Shown piece by piece: positions 26,987-36,505 of a stretch of 64,000 nucleotides of DNA. Under the pieces are notes generated by a model. The model saw only the letters and a list, made by a program, of their open reading frames with translations, did not search any database and had not been told where the DNA came from. Source of the stretch: a virus (taxonomy: Duplodnaviria; Caudoviricetes). Positions within the stretch are counted from its first letter, which is position 1; every line of letters begins with the position of its first letter. The DNA lies in IMG/VR virus record IMGVR_UViG_3300044971_003100, positions 1,810 to 65,809 of that record. One strand, 5' to 3'. The position numbers and the translations under genes are program-made.

Positions 26987-27337
26987 TCAGAACGGAACTT
27001 CCTGTTCCTCGCCTTTAGGTCGATCATCAAGGAAGGTAACGGAAGCATTCTTGATGTCCAGGAACAGCTTTTCGTTGTACATTCGTTGCACAAGCTGACC
27101 GGAAACGCCAACCTTGTCGCCGCGCTGGATCCGTTGCATTACGATTTCAGCGGTCTTGCCTCGCACTTCGCATCGATAGAACTGTCCCTGACGCTCAGAG
27201 CCAGGTTTCGTATAAACGTAAGCGCGGTCAGCGACGGAGAAACTGACAACAGGGTCGCCAGTCTCAAAGGTCTTCACGGTTACCGGCGATTCACCGGGGC
27301 GGCCAGTTACGGTTCCTGCAATACTAATGGTAGCCAT
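26987..27337 (-). CDS. ssb: single-stranded DNA-binding protein
   Basis: OB fold (FSVA, FYRCEVRGK, GDKVGVSGQL) and acidic tail ending VPF. Confidence 0.9.
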   Translation of the reverse strand: MATISIAGTVTGRPGESPVTVKTFETGDPVVSFSVADRAYVYTKPGSERQGQFYRCEVRGKTAEIVMQRIQRGDKVGVSGQLVQRMYNEKLFLDIKNASVTFLDDRPKGEEQEVPF

Positions 27338-27403
27338 CGTTTAAGTTGGGGCCTACAATACATTATATCGAGTTTTGGTGAACTGGTTAAAGTCCACCGG
27401 CAG

Positions 27404-28201
27404 CTATACCGCAGTGGCAATCAGCCTGAGTTTCTCAAGGGCAGTTTCACGCAAAGCAGCAACCTTTCCCCTGGAGATCGAATTGGCGTGCATTATGTCT
27501 TTAACTTTCATCTCATCTATAAACAGGCTTTCCAGTACCTTGACCTGATCGTCACTTAGCCCTGCCGCCTGGATCAGGTCATCCATTTCACACGAAAAAC
27601 GAGCCGTGCTTTCGGTGCTGGGCGGATACTTACTTTCTAGGCACTCAATGATCGAAATATCGCCATCTTCGCCTATTGGTGTATCGACAGAGATTACCGC
27701 TTGAGCGGAGCGCACAAGTCTTGTTAACGCTTCGCCCGCTTCGTGGCTTTTGTTTTTAACGAATCCGTACTTTTCAAAGGAATAGGCATCACGACAGGCG
27801 TTTTCCGGTATATGAAATATACTAGACGCCTTGATCGCGTAACGACCGACAAAAGACCTGATCCAGTAGGTTGCGTATGTGGCAAAAGTATAACCAGTTT
27901 CTGGGTCATACTTTTCTGCAGCCCTTATCAGGCCGAGCGCTCCTGTTTGCAGCAGATCGAGTGTCTCCGGGCCTCCCCATCCTTTCTTCATCTTGCCGTC
28001 CATGTACAAATGGACCGACCTGATAACCAGTCTCAAGTTATGAGACACCAACTTGTTCACATAGAACTTATACTTTGGGCTCCCGACCTCGTGTGACTTA
28101 ATCTTCTTTGCGATGATCAGCATTTCTTCTTTACTCAAGACCGGCTTACTGCCTGCGGCGTTCATCCAGGCAGTAATTTCGTTGCTCAAGCTTTTCGACA
28201 T
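27404..28201 (-). CDS. sigma-70 (RpoD/RpoS-like) factor
   Basis: LVSHNLRLV, DLLQTGALGLIRAAEKYDPETGYTFATYATYWIR, ISVDTPIGED, region 4 ALEKLR. Confidence 0.92.
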   Translation of the reverse strand: MSKSLSNEITAWMNAAGSKPVLSKEEMLIIAKKIKSHEVGSPKYKFYVNKLVSHNLRLVIRSVHLYMDGKMKKGWGGPETLDLLQTGALGLIRAAEKYDPETGYTFATYATYWIRSFVGRYAIKASSIFHIPENACRDAYSFEKYGFVKNKSHEAGEALTRLVRSAQAVISVDTPIGEDGDISIIECLESKYPPSTESTARFSCEMDDLIQAAGLSDDQVKVLESLFIDEMKVKDIMHANSISRGKVAALRETALEKLRLIATAV

Positions 28202-28233
28202 TGGTCGGGAACAGTCAAGAGAATGATAGACGA

Positions 28234-28260
28234 GAAAAAGAGCCTGTCTAAGGCTCTTTA
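28234..28260. terminator. putative (bidirectional) intrinsic terminator
   Basis: AAAAAGAGCC-tgtctaa-GGCTCTTT. Confidence 0.5.
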
Positions 28261-28378
28261 TAATCTCTTATGATCACACCATGGAATTCCTTTGCAAAGA
28301 ACTGGGTTGCCCAGTCAATGAAGTCCACCTTGGTGCGTTGCTGCGGATCGTCGAGCCTTGGGAAGTGCTGAGCGTTCT

Positions 28379-29152
28379 TCAGTACGCCTCTGGATTCGAC
28401 TTCTGTGTGGGAGTCTTTTTTGCGGCCTTGGTGGGCTTCTCCTGTTGAGGCTGCGCCGATTCCTCGGGATTCGCCTTCTGGTTTTGCTCAATCACCCATG
28501 CTTCTGTCTTGCTGGCAAGGGTTTTGATTCCTCCGGCGTAATTTGAGCCAATCACCTCAAGCAACTTATCCGCTGCCAGTGTGGACAGCCCCTTCTCCAG
28601 GCAGGCCTCCAGGAAGTCCTGCATAGTGGCTTGTTTTTCGGCCGCAAAGGCCTCTGCGGGGGCTGTAGGCGCAGTGGTGGCACGGATGCTGCTTACAGGG
28701 CTCACAGGGGCCGTAGCGTCGCTCTCAGAGGCCTGTGAGTAGCCGCTTTCCAGTGGCATCTTCGCCCACAGCTCAACCGCCAGGCCAAATGTCATAGCAG
28801 CAAGCATGCAGCCGCCACGGCGGTGCGTGTCGGTCACATCCCTGGCGGCAATCTTGTCAAACGGAATGGATCCGTTCCGGTTGTCCATGATTGCCTGCGG
28901 CGCTGGAGCCAGACACGTGCCATCAACATGGCAGAACCGCAGCATCAGGTAACCGCCATTGCCGGGTGCCCGCCAGACAGCAGCTCCTTCCGGCGACAGG
29001 ACCACGTCCAGGTACCAGCCGGGAGCATGCTCGTGCAGCAGGTTAAACGTCCGAGCCCAGTTGATATAACTTGCTTTGTAGCTGCCAGTTCCAATCGTCT
29101 CAACAAGATCCTTAGTTGCGACACCTGCGAGATTGGGGATACAGTCGGGCAT
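28379..29152 (-). CDS. Sak3/DUF1071-like single-strand annealing protein
   Basis: SYINWA, AIMDNRN, DVTDTHRR..CM..AMTFGL..LW. Confidence 0.75.
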   Translation of the reverse strand: MPDCIPNLAGVATKDLVETIGTGSYKASYINWARTFNLLHEHAPGWYLDVVLSPEGAAVWRAPGNGGYLMLRFCHVDGTCLAPAPQAIMDNRNGSIPFDKIAARDVTDTHRRGGCMLAAMTFGLAVELWAKMPLESGYSQASESDATAPVSPVSSIRATTAPTAPAEAFAAEKQATMQDFLEACLEKGLSTLAADKLLEVIGSNYAGGIKTLASKTEAWVIEQNQKANPEESAQPQQEKPTKAAKKTPTQKSNPEAY

Positions 29153-29175
29153 GACGATTTGTCAGATGATTCACC

Positions 29176-29511
29176 CTAGCGGTTTGTCCTGGCATTTAGC
29201 AACTCAAGGGCTTCTTTGATTTGGTCACGTTTTGTGAACTTTGATTTTCGCTGCGCCAGCCAGTCCCTGCTGGGCCCTTCTTTCGCCTTTGTAGCTGGCG
29301 AATTCAGCTCAGGATGTTCCTCTTGATACCGTTCGACCCAGAGATCAATCATCCATCGCTTGTACAACCCAAGCGGTCCAATCAGGCTCCATGCCCATTT
29401 TTTTGTGCGTTTGCCGACCAGGACCATGCCAGCCAGGGATTCCCCGATTTCCAGCCACCCCTCCTCAAGGGCTGCCTGCTCTGCGGCTGTCAGTGGCTTG
29501 GTCTTTCCCAT
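29176..29511 (-). CDS. hypothetical phage protein
   Basis: 111-aa ORF, first gene of the leftward unit. Confidence 0.6.
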   Translation of the reverse strand: MGKTKPLTAAEQAALEEGWLEIGESLAGMVLVGKRTKKWAWSLIGPLGLYKRWMIDLWVERYQEEHPELNSPATKAKEGPSRDWLAQRKSKFTKRDQIKEALELLNARTNR

Positions 29512-29549
29512 GTCACCACCATACCAACCCGCTCCAGCGCGTACGCGCT

Positions 29550-29772
29550 TTCTTTTCTTAATATTTTCTACTCTTTTATAGTAAGAAGTAAACCTAAAAC
29601 CGTAGACAAGTATCTTAAAGCTAAGAGTTTCTTTTTAAGTGACGCATTTTGCAACGCGATCCCGTCTGGCATGTTGCAAAAAGCGTCAACCCGTGTTGTA
29701 AAAAGCGACAGCCTTTGTCGCACTATGCAACGTGTTTTTGTCGCAAAATGCAACGCTGTCGCAAAATGCAAC
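29550..29772. repeat. putative replication origin: AT-rich tract plus six 16-bp iterons
   Basis: TGWCGCWNWWTRCAAC at 29640(+), 29673(-), 29695(-), 29716(+), 29739(+), 29757(+); directly upstream of the initiator gene. Confidence 0.8.
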
Positions 29773-29816
29773 CTGTTTTTGCAGTAACTCTTAACAAAGG
29801 TTCGTTGCCTGCCTTG

Positions 29817-30845
29817 ATGCCGGTCGCTAGTGTGGATACACAACTGCCCCCGCTCGTGAAGATCTCTGTCTCCAAGGACACGCCATGGGAACCAGTTGTC
29901 TACGCAAAGGCGCCCTTGGAGCTGTTGTTGTGCGACGATCTGACGCCAAACAGCAAACTGCTCTGGATTGTTCTTGCTAACCAAGTGCAGTTTGGTCCGA
30001 TCTGCAGGACAGTCCTTGATCGCAGGATAGGCATACACAGGGCGACCAGGATTCGTTGCATGGCCGACCTGAAAGAACTTGGCCTAGTGTCCGGTACTCC
30101 AGAACATATCATTCTACATGATCCAGTACCGATACTGCGCCGCCTAAGGGAAGTTGACGCGGAATCAAGGGCAATCGTAGAGCAACAGATGCTTCAGCCC
30201 TACGAGGAGGTAAAGAAGAAAGTCGCTCCACCAAAAGCGCAGGCAAATTACTTCGATGAAGCTACAAATGCGTGGAATGAATACAGACCAGTTAATTATG
30301 CGAAAATCAACAGACTTAGCGCTCAACTACTGAAAGCAGTGGATTTGCATATAAAAGCACTTGGGCACAAGTCGCATGACTACAAGGGGTTCTTCTCTGT
30401 GCTCAAGGCCGGAGTTGATCACTCCATTTTCTGGTCAAAAGAGAATACCAGTAAAACACTTCAAAGCATCGTTGGTATTGGCCAGCCTCAAACTAAAAAG
30501 TATCAGAACGTCTACTCACTTTACAATGAAGGGTTGAACTACGAAAAGCCGCAAGCGGTAAAAGAAGAGGATCGCAGTGACGAAGTCATTATCAAGGCAG
30601 CCATGAGAAGGACTATTGATGAATATGAAAATCTGCACTACATGTACTTCAATACATCAAGGACAGATCCAGGCAAGGAGCACGTGTTCAACGATAGGAT
30701 CATAGAAACAGAACAACGCATCCGTGACGCTGGCCTGGACCCCGCCAGATTCAGGATGAAATACCAGTTGACTTCATGGCCAACAGATGTACCAGAGCCC
30801 GCAGATAGCCGCAAGGTTACCTGGATATACGACGACGAGCTGTGA
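29817..30845 (+). CDS. putative replication initiator (N-terminal winged HTH)
   Basis: DLTPNSKLLWIVL...RRIGIHRATRIRCMADLKELGLV; precedes the helicase and follows the iterons. Confidence 0.7.
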   Translation: MPVASVDTQLPPLVKISVSKDTPWEPVVYAKAPLELLLCDDLTPNSKLLWIVLANQVQFGPICRTVLDRRIGIHRATRIRCMADLKELGLVSGTPEHIILHDPVPILRRLREVDAESRAIVEQQMLQPYEEVKKKVAPPKAQANYFDEATNAWNEYRPVNYAKINRLSAQLLKAVDLHIKALGHKSHDYKGFFSVLKAGVDHSIFWSKENTSKTLQSIVGIGQPQTKKYQNVYSLYNEGLNYEKPQAVKEEDRSDEVIIKAAMRRTIDEYENLHYMYFNTSRTDPGKEHVFNDRIIETEQRIRDAGLDPARFRMKYQLTSWPTDVPEPADSRKVTWIYDDEL

Positions 30846-30846
30846 C

Positions 30847-32616
30847 ATGACACTGCCCTATTATCTACAAAAGGCCGTTGACCTTGGCCTGCTTCAAACA
30901 GATGGCAGCAAAATAGTAAGCTGCATGACAAAGGCTGTTACATCTGCCATGGATGTAGCACGTATAGTCGACAAGCTGCAGCCAACCAGTACACAAGAAA
31001 GGGAAGACACACTGACACAGGAAGCAGTTGTGCTAAGTCGCACCCTGTCCTCCCCATCTGGCCTGGCAAGAGAGCTTTGGGGTGAGCTGAGAACAGGATT
31101 TGGCATGGGACACGGTCAACTGGTGCCCATATCGCTGTGGTCAGATGATTGTTTCAAGGCAATTGCGAAAGAAATAGACCTGACCTTTACTGGCCAGCGA
31201 TCTAATCAATTGATATCCAGGGAATCGCTGATCGCAAGTTACACAAACTTGAACGACGCCTCAAGGTCGGTGTCGATCATGGATTTCAACCAAACCATAA
31301 CCCAGTTAGCCGATCCAGAATTGATCAATTGCTACGGTGACGTCAAGTCGGAGTGGCACACAGCTCTTGATGTGTTGAAGCAAGTGCGCGTCAGAGCCTT
31401 GTACCTAGAGACACTGCATGCAGCAAAGCAAAACATAAAGGCAGACACGAAACTTGAAGAGGCACTTGAATACCTGCAGCAACGTGCCATGGAGGGTGTT
31501 GGCATGATGCGTGGCAGCATTGGCAACCAAGGGCAGGCAGTGGGCCTGTTGGATGTAATCATCGGCGACCCCGGAGGGCAACGTCAAAACTGGATCGATC
31601 GTGTTTCCGCATTTTCTCAGTTGGCCAGACCGGCGTCTACTGGCATAGATGCAATCGACCTTGACATAGAGGGTGGCGTTGAGTACGCAAAACCGAATAA
31701 GGCGTGCGGCGGCAGGTTGTTCACATTGGCCGCCAGGACCAGTATTGGTAAAACGCAAATTGGCTGCCAGATAGCAACTGCTTTGTGCAGCAAAGGGTTG
31801 ACCGTTGGCTTCATATCGGCCGAGCTTGATTATACTCAGATTGAAGCTAGGCTGCTGTCGTCACTTAGCCGCAAGTTGCTTGGAAAACATGGTTATCACT
31901 GGCGGTCATCAGGCAATGGTGTTGGCTACGTGAGTATCGGCGAACTTCAGGTACCGAATCCCGAGGACAAAGAACAGATCACCAACTTGTTGGGTACACT
32001 GGCGTGCGAACTGCAGAATTGCGACGGGGAATTGATCATTGAAGCTCCCTGGGGTGCCTGCGTGGATACGGTGGTGAACTCGATGAGATCCATGAAGGCC
32101 CGCAAGCCGGAACTCAGGGCCGTCGTACTGGACCACTTCCACGTACTGTCACGCCATAACAAGGCAGCCAGGGATGGTGCTGCCATGCTTGAGGAACGAG
32201 CTTATCGACTGATGACAGCAGCCAAGGAGCTGGACATTGATTTGTTCGTACTGGCGCAGATGAACACCGTTGGGATCAAGAGGGAACAGGATGACATGAA
32301 GTCCCAGCCAAAGCCACCTGAGCTTGACCAGATTAGGGGTACGGACGCCTTGTCCCATGTATCGCATGCCGTATGGCTTGTTCGGAAGCAACGCCAGGTA
32401 GAAGGAGAACCGTCAGATCAAAAGCTTGAGCTTTGGCATTCTAAGGTACGCGGCCGACAGGCGTTCTGGGAGGGATCGCCGCCACAAGAACAAATCACAA
32501 CAGTACAAGGATTTGTCCAAATGTCAGTCATTCAGTTGGATTATCACACCGCTAGTCTGAAGGCAGACGACACTATGCAGCATGTTAACGTGTTCAAAAG
32601 CTCGCGGTTTAAGTGA
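30847..32616 (+). CDS. DnaB-like replicative helicase
   Basis: STGIDAID, AARTSIGKT Walker A, FISAEL, VVLDHFH Walker B, LAQMN, KVRG. Confidence 0.88.
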   Translation: MTLPYYLQKAVDLGLLQTDGSKIVSCMTKAVTSAMDVARIVDKLQPTSTQEREDTLTQEAVVLSRTLSSPSGLARELWGELRTGFGMGHGQLVPISLWSDDCFKAIAKEIDLTFTGQRSNQLISRESLIASYTNLNDASRSVSIMDFNQTITQLADPELINCYGDVKSEWHTALDVLKQVRVRALYLETLHAAKQNIKADTKLEEALEYLQQRAMEGVGMMRGSIGNQGQAVGLLDVIIGDPGGQRQNWIDRVSAFSQLARPASTGIDAIDLDIEGGVEYAKPNKACGGRLFTLAARTSIGKTQIGCQIATALCSKGLTVGFISAELDYTQIEARLLSSLSRKLLGKHGYHWRSSGNGVGYVSIGELQVPNPEDKEQITNLLGTLACELQNCDGELIIEAPWGACVDTVVNSMRSMKARKPELRAVVLDHFHVLSRHNKAARDGAAMLEERAYRLMTAAKELDIDLFVLAQMNTVGIKREQDDMKSQPKPPELDQIRGTDALSHVSHAVWLVRKQRQVEGEPSDQKLELWHSKVRGRQAFWEGSPPQEQITTVQGFVQMSVIQLDYHTASLKADDTMQHVNVFKSSRFK

Positions 32617-33104
32617 TGAAAAACATCATGTATGATATAATCGGCGACTTCGGCGAAGAGCTGATTCAGCTCCTGGAAACAGTGTTCAATTCACTGATCT
32701 CAGTGGTTTATTTTATAGCAAATTCCTCTTCTTCGTTGATAACCGCTGTCGGCAATAGCATTCTTGCAGCCATAGCAAATGTATTCAAGATGTCGCTGTG
32801 GCTAATCGACAGGGACAGAGTAAGTCATACCGAGCTGGTGATTGATCAGTATGACATCAATACCGAGCTTGAAATACTGATGAATGTAAACAGGGTCAAG
32901 GAAGACGCCCTGGAGCGTAAAACGTGGACCGGCAACCATTCTATGGCGCTGAACGAACTAAGCTCTAGGTTGTACAATGAGTGCAACTGGGATGAAACTC
33001 GTATTCATCAATACATGAGAAATCTCGTTGAAGCTATCCCAGGATTGTCTTACGTTTCAGGTAACGACTCGGAGTCGGACGATTCCATAGACCTGGAAGA
33101 CTGA
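32613..33104 (+). CDS. hypothetical protein
   Basis: 163-aa ORF coupled to the helicase gene. Confidence 0.65.
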   Translation: MMKNIMYDIIGDFGEELIQLLETVFNSLISVVYFIANSSSSLITAVGNSILAAIANVFKMSLWLIDRDRVSHTELVIDQYDINTELEILMNVNRVKEDALERKTWTGNHSMALNELSSRLYNECNWDETRIHQYMRNLVEAIPGLSYVSGNDSESDDSIDLED

Positions 33105-33313
33105 CTGTTTACCCAGTCCACTATGCCAGCGTGGCGGATGTACATGCCAACATAGGTTCCGCCGTATCTGAAGATTGGCCTGACATAGTACACCAGTTCT
33201 CCTGTTTCCGGGTGTATATGTTGCGTTGGCTGTAGCGCAGTTCCAGTCGACACGATTCGCGACCCGTCGAACATGTACCCAGGCAAGAAAGGTAGGACGA
33301 ATTGCGATTTCAT
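33050..33313 (-). CDS. hypothetical protein
   Basis: ATGA-coupled to the endolysin stop (MKSQFVLPFLPG...). Confidence 0.55.
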   Translation of the reverse strand: MKSQFVLPFLPGYMFDGSRIVSTGTALQPTQHIHPETGELVYYVRPIFRYGGTYVGMYIRHAGIVDWVNSQSSRSMESSDSESLPET

Positions 33314-34449
33314 TGTCTTTTGTTCTCGCTTAAATCCCAATACCAGCCGTCAGAACTGTTGCTGATTAGCCAGCGCTTCATCAAGTTCTTGCGGGTATAT
33401 TTCTGTTGCTTGCCATCGGTTGGTCCAGCCAGTGGATATCCACCATTGATCAAATCTAGTTCACCGAATGGATCGTTTACATAGAAGTATTGGTCGTCAT
33501 AAGCAGTAACAGTAACCCAATGTCCGCCACCAGTTGGATCTGTGATCGATCCTTTGTGCAATATTCCGATCGGAACTGGATAACCTGAATCCAGGATACG
33601 AATAAGGTCCTTTTCTGAGCCGTTCATGCGGAAGCTGTGTTTCAGCCCAAGGTTGTCTAGTGCCTTTTGATGTGCTGACTGGGATACCGTGTCGCCATAC
33701 CTAAGCACAAGCCGCAGGTAATTGTCGTCATCAGTGATTAACTTTGGATTCAAGTACTTGATCACCATTGCAATAGCTGACGACTGGCACGACCTTTCAC
33801 CATGTCCAGTTTTGCTGTCGCGCTGATAGAAATATGGAACATTGGCTGGTTGCTTTTTACCGTCAATCGGCTTCTGGGTGACTGATGTCTGCCGGAACTC
33901 CTTAGCAAAAGCGAGCAATTGCTCCTTCGTTAGCGTTGCTTGCAGGTTCTGCCATGCCTTCCTTTGATGCGGCAGGCCCGTATCCCACTTGGCAGCCTCC
34001 GACAGGGAAATCGTCTGACTAGATTGCGTGGGAGCTTCCACGGGGGCGCTATTCTTGTTGATTATTTCGATCAACTTGTTTGCATACTTGGGATCAGTGG
34101 CATAGCCTTCGGATGCAAGCATCTTTGCAGCGCCCTTGAGGTCTTCTGCATTATTCACGCCTTTGTAGCCACGGAAATCTTTGTACCACCTGTCCACTAA
34201 GTATTTGATCGCCTCTGATAGATCATCAAAATCAGCAAACTCATCAACTAGCTTGATTTCTTTGTTATCGATAAATTCGGTGGTCTCGACAGACTGACCC
34301 TTGCCCTTTAGCCCAAATGGATTATTCTTGCCACTCATGGTTTTGCCCCAATTGCTTTCCAGGGCCCACTGAGCCGCAACAAGTTCGGGGTATTTAGCGC
34401 CAGCTATACCAGCAAGTCTAGCAACTTCACCCCAGGTTGTGTAAGTCAT
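33310..34449 (-). CDS. endolysin: glucosaminidase (GH73) plus peptidase C39-like domain
   Basis: AQWALESNWG, NNPFGLK, GYATDPKY; C-terminal VPYFYQRD, CQSS, GGHW, VNDPFG. Confidence 0.88.
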   Translation of the reverse strand: MTYTTWGEVARLAGIAGAKYPELVAAQWALESNWGKTMSGKNNPFGLKGKGQSVETTEFIDNKEIKLVDEFADFDDLSEAIKYLVDRWYKDFRGYKGVNNAEDLKGAAKMLASEGYATDPKYANKLIEIINKNSAPVEAPTQSSQTISLSEAAKWDTGLPHQRKAWQNLQATLTKEQLLAFAKEFRQTSVTQKPIDGKKQPANVPYFYQRDSKTGHGERSCQSSAIAMVIKYLNPKLITDDDNYLRLVLRYGDTVSQSAHQKALDNLGLKHSFRMNGSEKDLIRILDSGYPVPIGILHKGSITDPTGGGHWVTVTAYDDQYFYVNDPFGELDLINGGYPLAGPTDGKQQKYTRKNLMKRWLISNSSDGWYWDLSENKRQ

Positions 34450-34477
34450 GCTTAACTATCTTGCGGGATAGTTTACC

Positions 34478-34774
34478 TTAAATCCTGTTGATTATGGATG
34501 CCTTTGGCGGCAGGTCTTTTTGTTCAAATCTCATGTGGAAGCCGCTGCTGATTATATTTATCAGTATCGGTACAAGTGTACTTATGACGACTGCCGCACC
34601 CATTGCCCACGCCATGCGGTTTTCTACTTTCGTCAGCCTTTCGAATGCAGTTTGCAGGTCGTTACGGTATTCAGTTGTCCTGGTAATCAGCGCATCTAGC
34701 TTACCCTCAAGCGTTCCCAGTTTGTGATATATCTCAATATGAGATACCGATGGTTCCTGAGGGTTCATTGCCAT
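34478..34774 (-). CDS. coiled-coil plus transmembrane lysis-module protein
   Basis: IYHKLGTLEGKLD...RMAWAMGAAVVISTLVPILI. Confidence 0.65.
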   Translation of the reverse strand: MAMNPQEPSVSHIEIYHKLGTLEGKLDALITRTTEYRNDLQTAFERLTKVENRMAWAMGAAVVISTLVPILINIISSGFHMRFEQKDLPPKASIINRI

Positions 34775-35061
34775 GGGTCGACCATAATATCAGTCTTCCT
34801 ATAATGAGCATGAATACTGATGGCGCCACCCAGCAATGCGGGGTCACCCGTCTGTATGCTCTTATCGATTTCATGTTCAATTATTGTTGGCTTTTCTGCT
34901 GGCTCATTCTGCTCCATCTCAGCCTTTACGCGGGCGATTTCCGCCGCCATGCGTGAGCTAAGTGTTTTGTAAAATACAGCTTTTTCAATCAGACGCTCGG
35001 CTTCCTCCCGTTCGCTGCGTGTAGAAAAGCGCAGCAGCCAACGTTCATCCGATCGGCTCAG
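34765..35061 (-). CDS. hypothetical protein, possible -1 frame extension of the upstream holin-like gene
   Basis: Frame open from 35097 to 34765; no ATG/GTG/TTG before 34950; a CTG overlaps the holin stop. Confidence 0.5.
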   Translation of the reverse strand: MSRSDERWLLRFSTRSEREEAERLIEKAVFYKTLSSRMAAEIARVKAEMEQNEPAEKPTIIEHEIDKSIQTGDPALLGGAISIHAHYRKTDIMVDPWQ

Positions 35062-35258
35062 TCCTTTGACAGGCGCGTAACAATACCAGCCAAGATCTCA
35101 AGGATGCGGTAGTATTTAGCCACCACATCATTGTCTTTCGGCGTTGGCGTGAGGTTTACGATTGCCAGGGCCGCCGCGTGAACAGCAAATAGTACACCGA
35201 GGATCTCGGGGCCGTTGGTCACGATAAAAGCGATGATTCCAGTCATGCTGCCACCCAA
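35058..35258 (-). CDS. putative holin
   Basis: Small hydrophobic protein, ALAIVNLTPTPKDNDVVAKYYRILEILA; located in the lysis module. Confidence 0.65.
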   Translation of the reverse strand: MGGSMTGIIAFIVTNGPEILGVLFAVHAAALAIVNLTPTPKDNDVVAKYYRILEILAGIVTRLSKD

Positions 35259-35454
35259 TTCCGTTATTAGTTTGCCAGTTACTAAGTTTTCTTCTTCTTT
35301 TTCTGTGATGTCTTTGCTGCAGCGCGAAAATCAGCAGCACTGGGGGCACCTTTGCTGCCGGGACGCCTCATTTTTTCGTCGCTTCCGTTTTCAATTCGAT
35401 CCCGCTTGCGGCGGATGTTCTCATACAGTCCACGGGGCTTTGCCATAACAGACC

Positions 35455-35751
35455 TCAGCGTTTTGATTTCTTGGTACCCTTGCCAGGCGCAAGGCGCTTG
35501 TTGTCACCGTGTCCGTTTCTGGCGCGGTTTGTCTTGGGGTTCTCCAGCTTGAACTTGCCATCGGTGGTATGGCTGACGTCAGGCCCTCCTTTGCCCATGA
35601 TGCCGCGTGCGCGGCGTTCACGTGCCAGCTCGGCGCGATACTCCTTGCGATCGGGCTTGGCGTTACGCTTCTTATCATACGCCAGCTTCTTTTTATACGC
35701 CTCTGGGTTGTTGGCGTAAAAATCAGCGGTACTGCGTTTCTTGGCAGCCAT
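35455..35751 (-). CDS. basic conserved phage protein (HNH-like C-terminus)
   Basis: GKGGPDVSH...ENPKTNRARNG. Confidence 0.7.
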   Translation of the reverse strand: MAAKKRSTADFYANNPEAYKKKLAYDKKRNAKPDRKEYRAELARERRARGIMGKGGPDVSHTTDGKFKLENPKTNRARNGHGDNKRLAPGKGTKKSKR

Positions 35752-35846
35752 TAGCGTTTACCCGATCCTTTTGGTTTTGCTTTGCCGCCTTTCTTCATCG
35801 GCTTCTTACCGTTGAACTGTTTAGCAATAGCCAACGGTAATGCCAT
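35751..35846 (-). CDS. 31-aa Lys-rich microprotein
   Basis: MALPLAIAKQFNGKKPMKKGGKAKPKGSGKR; promoter motif at 35871 and TAATG overlap with the next gene. Confidence 0.5.
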   Translation of the reverse strand: MALPLAIAKQFNGKKPMKKGGKAKPKGSGKR

Positions 35847-35894
35847 GGCGACAGCAGCAAAATCTTTTACTAGTGTTCCTGAAGATTCCGCAAC

Positions 35895-36080
35895 TTACAG
35901 TTCAGAACCATCAAGGTTTCTTTGTCCTGGCTGATACCCCGGATCGCCCAGACTACCGTCACCAACAGGATCAGTAATGCTGCGATGTTGAATTCGCGGC
36001 ACAGCAGAAATAATGTCCTTGTCCAGATTCGTGCCGTCTTCCAGGATTCTGGGGCCTTCACTGTGGGTGAACTCAACCAT
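35895..36080 (-). CDS. hypothetical protein
   Basis: MVEFTHSEGPRILEDG...; overlaps the upstream stop. Confidence 0.5.
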   Translation of the reverse strand: MVEFTHSEGPRILEDGTNLDKDIISAVPRIQHRSITDPVGDGSLGDPGYQPGQRNLDGSEL

Positions 36081-36435
36081 TTTGTGCCGCCAGGCAGGCC
36101 TCGATGATGTCAGACTTTGTTGCATACTGCTTGAATTCGACGCCCTTGCTTTGAGCAAAGACAATCAGCTCTGCTTTTGTCATTTGATCAATCCCCTTGA
36201 CCTGTTCCTCCTCTTCGATTAGCTCTTCCTCGGTTGATTCAAATGGGATAGCTTCTTCGAGCGATTCGGGCACCGTGCTGGCGACATGCTCCGGTGCTAG
36301 AGCTTCTGGTTGCGAGGAGATTTCCTGCTCCTGTGTCCATCCATCGGCGATCAGTTCGCGCATATGCACCGTATAATATGCCGCCTTGCGGCGAGAGCCT
36401 TTCACAAAATAGACAGGCCGATTGTTAAGATGCAT
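36073..36435 (-). CDS. hypothetical protein with C-terminal HeH/Rho-N-like domain
   Basis: IDQMTKAELIVFAQSKGVEF...TKSDIIEA; promoter motif at 36456. Confidence 0.7.
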   Translation of the reverse strand: MHLNNRPVYFVKGSRRKAAYYTVHMRELIADGWTQEQEISSQPEALAPEHVASTVPESLEEAIPFESTEEELIEEEEQVKGIDQMTKAELIVFAQSKGVEFKQYATKSDIIEACLAAQNG

Positions 36436-36505
36436 GACCGTAGCACGAACACTAGTATTATTCCTAGGCTCACGAGTTACCTGGCCTGAGTGATCTGATT
36501 GCATT

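Noticed and set aside
29640-29772. CRISPR array
   Set aside because: The repeats are 16 bp, in mixed orientation, with 2-17-nt gaps and no cas genes; they fit iterons.
29568-30038. Minus-strand ORF, and the 5' extension 29649..29816 of the initiator
   Set aside because: Both read through the iteron repeats and give low-complexity peptides; ATG 29817 is the likelier start.
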